From IMG/VR virus record IMGVR_UViG_3300047094_001965: a stretch of DNA of 20,000 nt; one strand, written 5' to 3'. The notes under the pieces are model-generated. The model ran no database searches. It had not been told where the DNA came from and saw only the letters and a program-made list of their open reading frames with translations. This stretch comes from an uncultured virus (IMG/VR IMGVR_UViG_3300047094_001965). Taxonomy: Duplodnaviria > Heunggongvirae > Uroviricota > Caudoviricetes. The translations under genes were made by a program, and so were the position numbers. This document shows, piece by piece, positions 1 through 7,225 of this stretch. Each line of letters begins with the position of its first letter. The first letter of the stretch is position 1.

Positions 1-278
1 TTCAAGCCTTTCATCTGGTTTGCCAGATCGACTTCCTGCTTTGTAGGTGTGACGGGGACGGGCTTGGGCTTGGGCTTGTTGCGTTCCGAATTGATATTGA
101 ATATGGTTGGATATGCAGTTCTGGCCGCATCTTCTGAGTCTGAGGTGCGGAGATAGTTGTAGCCGCGAATTTCCTTCAGAATAGAAGGATTGCCACCCAA
201 GTTGTATTTCTTCAGGATGTCAGATTCTTTGACACCAGACTTGATATCACCAACAACATCCGTAATCCAGTCGCCCAT
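1..278 (-). CDS. N-terminal part of a CDS running off the left edge (MGDWITDVVGDIKSGVKESDILKKYNLGG...); probably a large virion/ejection protein
   Basis: Not in the ORF track. The ATG at 278-276 overlaps the TAA of the upstream gene (TAATG), and manual translation is open to position 1. Function is inferred only from its position after the ejection-like genes. Confidence 0.75.
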   Translation of the reverse strand, partial: MGDWITDVVGDIKSGVKESDILKKYNLGGNPSILKEIRGYNYLRTSDSEDAARTAYPTIFNINSERNKPKPKPVPVTPTKQEVDLANQMKGL

Positions 279-574
279 TAGTTTAAATGTATTTGGTTAA
301 AATCCGTAACCGCCAATCCAAGTATTGTTTCTCCAAAACCCCTTTCTTTAATAATCTTTACCGCTTCATCTATAGCCTGGGGCTTACTTGTGACAATACA
401 CCCGTAATAAAGGCCGTCCTGCAATTTGTGCTTCTCAAACATCGGTAGTTCAATCTCCGCCTGTTCCTTTGTCAAATACCCGCGTGTATTAAAAATCCGC
501 TGGCCCCAGATCAATTCAGAGTATTCCACCTGACTCATATACTGCGCTGGATTAAAATATGCATTCCAATTCAT
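278..574 (-). CDS. small hypothetical protein (98 aa from MNWNAYF; the ORF track extends it to 601)
   Basis: Fills the gap between two minus-strand genes, and its stop is coupled to the next ATG. The second ATG (574) is preferred because 583-599 is a copy of the repeated motif. Confidence 0.7.
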   Translation of the reverse strand: MNWNAYFNPAQYMSQVEYSELIWGQRIFNTRGYLTKEQAEIELPMFEKHKLQDGLYYGCIVTSKPQAIDEAVKIIKERGFGETILGLAVTDFNQIHLN

Positions 575-582
575 GGCAGGAA

Positions 583-599
583 AGTTACATAGTGTATCC
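583..599 (-). promoter_or_regulatory. copy 1 of the 17-bp motif (sense GGATACACTATGTAACT), overlapping TAACTTTC, a 1-mismatch Bacteroidota -7 element
   Basis: Matches RGWTAC-N5-GTAWCY. It is 18/20 identical to the sequence at 15233-15252 before the final base is counted (GGATACACTATGTAACTTT vs GGTTACACTATGTATCTTT differ at two positions). Confidence 0.7.
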
Positions 600-612
600 A
601 TGAAATTCTATT

Positions 613-2331
613 TTATTGGCCCCTCAATACTTTTTCAAACTCGTCTATCGGTAATTCCCTTTTTTCTCCGTTGATGGTGAACTTCACCTTTGTCTTACCA
701 CCCCACCAAGAAGAACTTGGTTGCACATCCCTGATCTGACCAGATGTTCCGTCTGGCAATGTGATCTCGTCATCCAGCACAGCGGATAACTTCTTCGGAT
801 CCTTTGTCTTTACAAACTCATCCACTTCTGCCGCCGCCATGTTTTTATACTTGCGGCTATTGGCTTCTGTGATCACTTCACGATCTTCAGAATTATACCA
901 CCTGTAGTTACCGGATCCGTCTTTGTGCTTTGCCATAATGCTGGGCACTTTACCAATAGGAACATTGTTGGCTTCCGAAATATTGGTCAACCACTTATCA
1001 AAGTTCTCTACCTTTTTAGGCTTGCTATTTCTCTCATCGGTATAGTAAATCTCTCCATCCTTAGGATTATACAATATGCGGCTGTAGGACTCCGGCATAG
1101 CCTTACCGTCCTGCATCTTCTTAGTCTTACCGCTATACACTGTCGCGCCTGGCAGGCGAGATGTAATGTCTACCATTCCACCCTTTGCCGTCTCACCTTG
1201 GATAAATGTGGGGTCACCGTTCTTCGCCCGGATAAGGGCATCAATAACATTCGGCTTTTCTTCTTTCTGGCCACCCCTGCCAGACATGATGGCTGCAGCC
1301 CCGAATAAGTCTGCACGTTCCCTGAGCGCACTACGATCTTCAGCGTCCTTGACCTTAAATGCATCGCCTTGGTTAAAGTTCCGATTCAGTTCTTCAAAGG
1401 CGAAGCGGCGCCGGAGTAGGTCGCCTTCCTCAGAATTTAGATCCACATCCTTAAATACGGGATTCCTTTTGATCATCTTATCCAGATATCCTTTGGTGCC
1501 ACGGTTGGCATTGATCAGGCTTTCATACATACCCTTATCCAATACCTCCATCCTGGTGCCGTCTGGAAACTCCACAGCATTGGCCTTTACACCAATGCCC
1601 ACGACCTTGCCAGACTCGTCCTTTAAGGGTTGCTGGTATGGCCGTAGATTGGCAGACCATGAACTGGTGCGTTTAATGCCACCCTTATCGGTAGTGGTTT
1701 CTTCACCTGCAGCTTCAGCCTTTTGGTTATTCACCCAGTCCTCTATACCCATATTTCCACGTACCCATAAATCAGGACGTTCCTGCATGAATTCACCAGT
1801 GTAGTCCCGGTTAAGATCGATCTGGTCAGGATCCTTCAACTTGTACTGGCCAGATTCGGGATCGAGATCAAAAAATGCTTTATTGAGGGCCCCGAGCTTT
1901 ACAGCCCGGGCGTCTACAGATTTATCGGCTTCCAGTCCTTTCGTGGCTTCTTCGATACCAGCGCGGACGGTTTTTGCATTAACGCTATACCTATTCAACT
2001 TCTCTACATCGTTCTGGATCATGTACCCCATCTCAGACATCCTGATATTGGGATTCTTCATGATCATGCCGGTATAGTTCTGCTTCATCTGCCTGAGACT
2101 GTCATTGATAACCCTGTCTGTAGGTGTGCCGGTAGCAAAGTTTTTCTCATCGAATTCCTTCCCGAGATATCCGACAAGGGCATCCTGGCGATCCGCTTCC
2201 TCGCGCATCCGCTGGGCTTCCTTTGCCTTCCTATTCTCGGACATGGCAAGGACATTGGCGGCCATATTCATTACGCCGTCCTGACTGGGTAAAATTACTG
2301 CGTGCTCTGCACCGTATGGTCCGCCTGCCAT
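613..2331 (-). CDS. putative internal virion / ejection (cargo) protein, 572 aa
   Basis: Long ORF with a charged, helical-looking N-terminus and no Cys. It lies downstream of the muzzle-like and pilot-like genes, where podoviruses keep ejection proteins. Confidence 0.6.
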   Translation of the reverse strand: MAGGPYGAEHAVILPSQDGVMNMAANVLAMSENRKAKEAQRMREEADRQDALVGYLGKEFDEKNFATGTPTDRVINDSLRQMKQNYTGMIMKNPNIRMSEMGYMIQNDVEKLNRYSVNAKTVRAGIEEATKGLEADKSVDARAVKLGALNKAFFDLDPESGQYKLKDPDQIDLNRDYTGEFMQERPDLWVRGNMGIEDWVNNQKAEAAGEETTTDKGGIKRTSSWSANLRPYQQPLKDESGKVVGIGVKANAVEFPDGTRMEVLDKGMYESLINANRGTKGYLDKMIKRNPVFKDVDLNSEEGDLLRRRFAFEELNRNFNQGDAFKVKDAEDRSALRERADLFGAAAIMSGRGGQKEEKPNVIDALIRAKNGDPTFIQGETAKGGMVDITSRLPGATVYSGKTKKMQDGKAMPESYSRILYNPKDGEIYYTDERNSKPKKVENFDKWLTNISEANNVPIGKVPSIMAKHKDGSGNYRWYNSEDREVITEANSRKYKNMAAAEVDEFVKTKDPKKLSAVLDDEITLPDGTSGQIRDVQPSSSWWGGKTKVKFTINGEKRELPIDEFEKVLRGQ

Positions 2332-2342
2332 TTATGTATAGT

Positions 2343-3113
2343 TTAGTTTCCCAAAATTGTTTTCCACCTGGCTTCCGTATTCATAGGGTTCAGGAAAGAA
2401 GGGGTGAAAGACCTTCCCGCCATAAAACCCGGCGCGATACCGCCACCGCCTACTACTGGGTTCATACCCTGCGCCGTAGCCATAGGTGTGTTGGATACAG
2501 ATGCCATCTGGCCGCCTTTACCCATCAACCCGCCAAACCTCGGCATTTTCAACCCTTGGCCTACACCAGACCCCAGCATCATCAATCCGCCCTGAGCAAG
2601 ATCACTGAACGCACCAGCCCTGTTTTGATAGCTGGCATTCATGAGGGCATTCTTCGCCTGTACGGCTTCGGTATATTTTCTCAGTTTGTCGCCAAACACT
2701 TTGTCTGTCTCGCCAATCATAGTGCCTTCCGCGCCAGTAAGAACCTGGTTCATCTGAATCTTGTTCTGCTGCTCCATCTGTGCGAGGTTTGCAGCGGACT
2801 GGTTGGCCTGTGAGTTACCAACTGCAGCCATAGCAAGGGCATCGGCTCCGGAACCCGCATTGCGCTCTACAGAAGCCTGAAAATTGGCTTGGTTGGCCTG
2901 TATGTTCTTCTCCATAGCAGTAGCGCCAGCCATACGGCCGCCATACATCTGCTGGGCACGGGCTAACCCGTCTTTGGCTTGCTGTGATACCTGGTATTCG
3001 GGATCATTAGGGTTGATATTATTGGCCAGCTTCTTTTGCTTGCGTGCGGTTACCAACTTGCTGATCAAGTTGACACCCATCCCTATCCCTGATAATATTC
3101 CGCCAATTGCCAT
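2343..3113 (-). CDS. putative ejection / DNA pilot-type protein, 256 aa
   Basis: Gly-rich hydrophobic N-terminus (MAIGGILSGIGMGVNLISKLV) followed by a basic patch, an Ala/Gln/Asn-rich helical middle and a Gly-rich tail. Lies directly after the tail stabilisation-like gene. Confidence 0.65.
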   Translation of the reverse strand: MAIGGILSGIGMGVNLISKLVTARKQKKLANNINPNDPEYQVSQQAKDGLARAQQMYGGRMAGATAMEKNIQANQANFQASVERNAGSGADALAMAAVGNSQANQSAANLAQMEQQNKIQMNQVLTGAEGTMIGETDKVFGDKLRKYTEAVQAKNALMNASYQNRAGAFSDLAQGGLMMLGSGVGQGLKMPRFGGLMGKGGQMASVSNTPMATAQGMNPVVGGGGIAPGFMAGRSFTPSFLNPMNTEARWKTILGN

Positions 3114-3130
3114 AGTTACAATTTGTATCC
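3114..3130 (-). promoter_or_regulatory. copy 2 of the 17-bp motif (sense GGATACAAATTGTAACT), immediately followed by the ATG of 2343..3113
   Basis: Direct match to the consensus. Spans the stop codon of the 1119-aa gene. Confidence 0.6.
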
Positions 3131-6100
3131 TTGTGAATCAATATATGTCAAGTTCACGAACTTAATTTGGATATTGTTTTGTGCCGTATTTACGTCCCAC
3201 TCCAACAACATCCTGATTGCCGGACCTCTCATGTTATCTCCATAGTGCAACCTCTCCACAACAGTCTTATTCATCAACGTAGGCGTCAGACGATCCCTTA
3301 AAATACCTGCATACCAAATGTTTTCCCAGCTGCGAAACTCGTCATTAACGAGATCAGAAGATTGAACATTTGGACTCTCTGTCCGCAAGTGCACATAATC
3401 TGGTACTAAGTTACATTCAATAGCGAGTGATTCCCATATTTTAACCAGACTTTGTTCCTGATTGCCAATAATTGCTATTCTGGATTTCTGCGGAACACCG
3501 TAAAAATTATTATAACCAGGGCCAGCATTGTGCTGGTGAATCTTTCCATCCTTGAAGGAATAGAGATCGTTACCGATTACAACATAGTATTCCGGAAGGA
3601 AGCCCATAGGTGCATGCCAGCTATCCATTGGGTATTTATACACCAGCGTCTTAGCCTGGCCATCCCAGATGTCGTAAGGATAATCCAATCCAACAACGTC
3701 CGTCATGCCGCGCGGGTTGTCCGCCAGCAATGTGGGCACCGTAACCAACACCTCTTTGTGGTGAGGATCTTGGCTGGCTACAATAAAGGGCCTCGATCCC
3801 AACGCTTCAATCTGGGCTTTGGTCATAGAGTTATACTGCCTGCAGAACTGCCTGAAGAACCTGGTGAGCTTGTTATCGCTTACGGGTGTGACGCCGTTCA
3901 GGGAATAGAATACATACTTTTCCTTATTCATATCCCACCAGAAAACCAGCTCAGAGTCGGTCATACATACAGATTCCGGATTGACGGAACCATATCCGCC
4001 CTTTAGCGGGTTGATGGTACCGATCACGCCATCCGCCTTGGAAAAGAACGCCGTAGCGCCATTGCTTTGGTTGATCTGGGCTTCGCCAATGTATATGCTC
4101 GATACATCGTATTTACATATAGCCAGCATGACAGAACCTTCATCCTGCGTCTTGCTGGTCAACTTCAGTTTTGTAATTGGTCCGCTTTCTATTGGGAGAT
4201 CCTGATAATCCAGTACATCGAAATTTGAAAGACCGTTGACTTGGGTGCCTTGCTGGAACACGTTGCTGAAACAGATATTCCTATCCCTCAATTCCTGACC
4301 AAGGCCCGTCCTGGCGATAGCCCTGCCGGCATCCGTATTCCAGATAGTCCACAACTTATCATTGGGGCTCATCGCCTCTACAAGGTATTGGCTGGCGGAC
4401 TTGGTGCGTTCGATCAGCCACACATCGCCTTCGATATCACCGGACATCGTGGAGTACCTACGGCTGGGTAATCCGGGATCGAGAACCGGATACCTATTGC
4501 CCACTTCAAAAAACAACTCATTCAGGTTTTCTTTGAAGGGGGTATATACTTCTACCAATGCACTGGTGCCTGAATTAAGGGTGCCCAAATTAGACAGATT
4601 TGCAATGATCCAGTCACCTGACTGATCGATCACCACAAGCTCGTAAACATTCGTTCCTATGTACACCTTCACAAAGTCGCCTTCGGAAAACACATAGCCA
4701 AGGCCCGGAGGCTTCAGTCCGGCAAGGTTGATACCTATGCCGAGATGTGTTGCCGCCCATGCAGAACTTGTAAATATATAGTTGCCTGATCCGTCTTTGG
4801 TGGCATACCCCATGTTCTCGGCCCTGATCTGGAAAAAAGACCGGGTGCGGAGACATTTTGTTGTCAGGATGCTATAGCTTGTCGCCCATTCGGGAATCTC
4901 AGACAATGCATCAATGTTGCTGACGGACCACGTAATAAACCGGGTATAAGCCACGGTCCCGTACTGCCTGTCGGGTGTGATCAGTTTCAATGCCTCTTTG
5001 GTAACGGCGCCGCCAAGCCTTCCGGCGAAATCGTAGAACGCAATAGCTACCCGCTTACCAGCCCCAGACTTGTGGACTTTCTTTCCCACCAGACTGCTTA
5101 CCGCGGGAGGGCTATTAACAATAGAAGTGCCACCCGCAAATGAAAACTCAATCAGGGTAGCATATGGAGGACCGGCAATGCCGTTATATGAAAATACATT
5201 CGTGGCGCCAGCGCCTTCAAACACAAGGTCGCCAAAGTTGACCGAGACGGGAAACACGGGCGATACTGGATCGATGTACCCGCTGGTCCAAGAATAATAC
5301 CCACTGGTTGGAATGCCTGTGATGTCAATAACATACTTTGTTGCTACGCCTAAACCCGTTGTCCACTTCAGCCTCCACCACCGGCCCGTAAGGACCCCAC
5401 CTTCATCCTGCACTGGATAAGCCACCAGGCTTGTTTCTTCTGACGCCGTGAGGCCGCGCACGTTGTTACCCAGCCAAAGCCTATTCTTAGCGACTTCCTG
5501 CGTGCGGGAATATATGGGAATAGAATGAAAGAGTTCCGCAGCATCGGCATCGCTTATTGCTATACCGTTCTGATCGTTATAAAACATAAAGGTCAAAGGA
5601 GTGCCGGCGTTATGCGCCGTGATTGCAGCCGCGTCTCCGGCCTTTCCTTTATCCCATGTCTTGATGATAAAATATTTATTGCTTTCCAGATCCTTAACCA
5701 CAAGTTCAATCTTAAGCACGTCATTGTTCACAGCCTCATCTACTGGTATCGTGAGCAGGTATGCATTACCAAGATCGGAAGGCAGCAAGAATCCAGCCGT
5801 CCTACTGTATTCACTTAAAACAGACAATTCATAGTCTCTATAAACATACCTGTATGCAAACTGAAAAGCGGAGTTCCTGATAAAGTTACCAGGGTTGCTG
5901 CCTCCGGACAAGACAAAAGTGATAGGATACGCTGGTGGCTTCCTTATAAGACTGACCTCCGCCTGTTTCAAAGGGGATGTGTAAGGAAGCACCGAGGTAA
6001 CGTATCCAGGATGGTTTAATTTGATACCGGCTTCTATATTTAACCTGCGGGGCTGATTGATATGATCATTCACCCAGTACAGGATATTATCTACCACATT

Positions 6101-6475
6101 GGCAGAATGAATGAGCCAGTCCTTTGAAAAGTTTAGGCCGCCCGTAATCTGGCTATTTAGTAGCACAGTATAAACGGTATCGGTTCCCTTGTCGTAACAG
6201 TATATTCCGTGGTTGCCGTTGCTATTCCAGTTAAAGAAGATAGCCCGGTTCTTGGCTTCGTCAGCCACGGCACCGATACAATCATTTGTCCCTGCCGGAA
6301 GGCTATGAGTGATTGCCCTGGTAGATAGTACGTTTTCCAAGCCACCCACAGCGCCTTTATCGGTTGTGGCAAACCGGAAGTTCTTCCCGTTGACATATGC
6401 ATTAGCGCCAACAAGAAAGTCTTGGGTATCGCCATCCAGGCCTTCGTTAAAATATTTCTTTTCTTCTTTCTGCAT
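3116..6475 (-). CDS. tail muzzle / stabilisation protein (crAss-like muzzle, P22 gp10-like role), 1119 aa
   Basis: N-terminus GLDGD..Y.NGKNFR..G.LEN, FQFAYRYVYRDYELS, RLWLGN and a beta-rich C-terminal part (WWDMNK, LYSFKDGKIHQHN, KIWESLAIE) resemble this family from recall. Follows a ring-like protein and precedes pilot-like genes. Confidence 0.7.
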   Translation of the reverse strand: MQKEEKKYFNEGLDGDTQDFLVGANAYVNGKNFRFATTDKGAVGGLENVLSTRAITHSLPAGTNDCIGAVADEAKNRAIFFNWNSNGNHGIYCYDKGTDTVYTVLLNSQITGGLNFSKDWLIHSANVVDNILYWVNDHINQPRRLNIEAGIKLNHPGYVTSVLPYTSPLKQAEVSLIRKPPAYPITFVLSGGSNPGNFIRNSAFQFAYRYVYRDYELSVLSEYSRTAGFLLPSDLGNAYLLTIPVDEAVNNDVLKIELVVKDLESNKYFIIKTWDKGKAGDAAAITAHNAGTPLTFMFYNDQNGIAISDADAAELFHSIPIYSRTQEVAKNRLWLGNNVRGLTASEETSLVAYPVQDEGGVLTGRWWRLKWTTGLGVATKYVIDITGIPTSGYYSWTSGYIDPVSPVFPVSVNFGDLVFEGAGATNVFSYNGIAGPPYATLIEFSFAGGTSIVNSPPAVSSLVGKKVHKSGAGKRVAIAFYDFAGRLGGAVTKEALKLITPDRQYGTVAYTRFITWSVSNIDALSEIPEWATSYSILTTKCLRTRSFFQIRAENMGYATKDGSGNYIFTSSAWAATHLGIGINLAGLKPPGLGYVFSEGDFVKVYIGTNVYELVVIDQSGDWIIANLSNLGTLNSGTSALVEVYTPFKENLNELFFEVGNRYPVLDPGLPSRRYSTMSGDIEGDVWLIERTKSASQYLVEAMSPNDKLWTIWNTDAGRAIARTGLGQELRDRNICFSNVFQQGTQVNGLSNFDVLDYQDLPIESGPITKLKLTSKTQDEGSVMLAICKYDVSSIYIGEAQINQSNGATAFFSKADGVIGTINPLKGGYGSVNPESVCMTDSELVFWWDMNKEKYVFYSLNGVTPVSDNKLTRFFRQFCRQYNSMTKAQIEALGSRPFIVASQDPHHKEVLVTVPTLLADNPRGMTDVVGLDYPYDIWDGQAKTLVYKYPMDSWHAPMGFLPEYYVVIGNDLYSFKDGKIHQHNAGPGYNNFYGVPQKSRIAIIGNQEQSLVKIWESLAIECNLVPDYVHLRTESPNVQSSDLVNDEFRSWENIWYAGILRDRLTPTLMNKTVVERLHYGDNMRGPAIRMLLEWDVNTAQNNIQIKFVNLTYIDSQGYKL

Positions 6476-7224
6476 TAGCCTTTGTATGTTCCGGTATGGT
6501 TGCGGCGGAACATCCGTTTAACATCTTCGATGGTCAATGGATCGCTGGCAGCCCTTACCTTCCTCAATTCTTTTTCTTTTTCACGCCTGGCTTCTTCCCT
6601 TTCACTCAGGCTGTATTGCCTGTTGTGAAACTTATGCCTCTCGTCTATATAAGCCTTGATGTATGCAATATGGTACGGATTAACATGAGTAGCTGCATCG
6701 CTGTCTATGCCGTCTGAAATGTAGTCCAGAACGATATACTCTACGCCTGCCAACTGAGGATTGAGCGCAATCACATTGCGTTCCTTCACAATCTGGAAGG
6801 AGTCACCATTGAAGTCGTAATTGAACATCCTACCTATACGCTCTCCATACTCATTCATGTAGTTAGTGTACCATGCTCCGTTGAAGGAACCAACATACTC
6901 CGTCTCCACCACTTCTTTCTTTACCTCTTTGCCTTGGCTGTCATAATCAGGCAGCCGGTTCATAGTGATCCCCCTCACCAATGGCTTTACATAGGCGCCA
7001 GTCGCTACACCCACACGAATGTAATCCACATAGTCGCATGGCAGTTCTGCCGTAAGAGAAGGCGAAACTTTGATCATCTTCGAGTTTACAACTCCATCGT
7101 GAAACAGGTTTAGATCCCGAACACAGTCCAAGGCGTAGGCCAAAAAGTCTACATACCAATGGATCGTGTACCGCTTATCCATAAGCGTTGACCTAACCAC
7201 CATATCGAGATTATAGAACTTCAT
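6475..7224 (-). CDS. putative tail ring / tubular adaptor protein, 249 aa
   Basis: LPCDYVDYIRVG motif, and a helix-beta-helix layout (VLDYISDG...YIKAYI) typical of ring/gatekeeper proteins. Translationally coupled to the muzzle-like gene. Confidence 0.6.
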   Translation of the reverse strand: MKFYNLDMVVRSTLMDKRYTIHWYVDFLAYALDCVRDLNLFHDGVVNSKMIKVSPSLTAELPCDYVDYIRVGVATGAYVKPLVRGITMNRLPDYDSQGKEVKKEVVETEYVGSFNGAWYTNYMNEYGERIGRMFNYDFNGDSFQIVKERNVIALNPQLAGVEYIVLDYISDGIDSDAATHVNPYHIAYIKAYIDERHKFHNRQYSLSEREEARREKEKELRKVRAASDPLTIEDVKRMFRRNHTGTYKG

Positions 7225-7225
7225 T

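Noticed and set aside
60..78. (GGGCTT)x3 microsatellite
   Set aside because: It encodes a Lys-Pro linker, and the 6-bp unit preserves frame, so it is not a phase-variation switch.
296..310. Near-match to the motif (GTTAA-AATCC-GTAAC) upstream of the truncated gene; similar near-matches at 10164-10178 and 12163-12177
   Set aside because: One-mismatch hits to a degenerate 10-bp core are expected by chance, so they were not counted without a PWM test.
3408..3419. AAGTTACATTCA shared with 15163-15174
   Set aside because: The right half-site is missing (ATAGC) and it lies inside coding sequence; likely coincidence.
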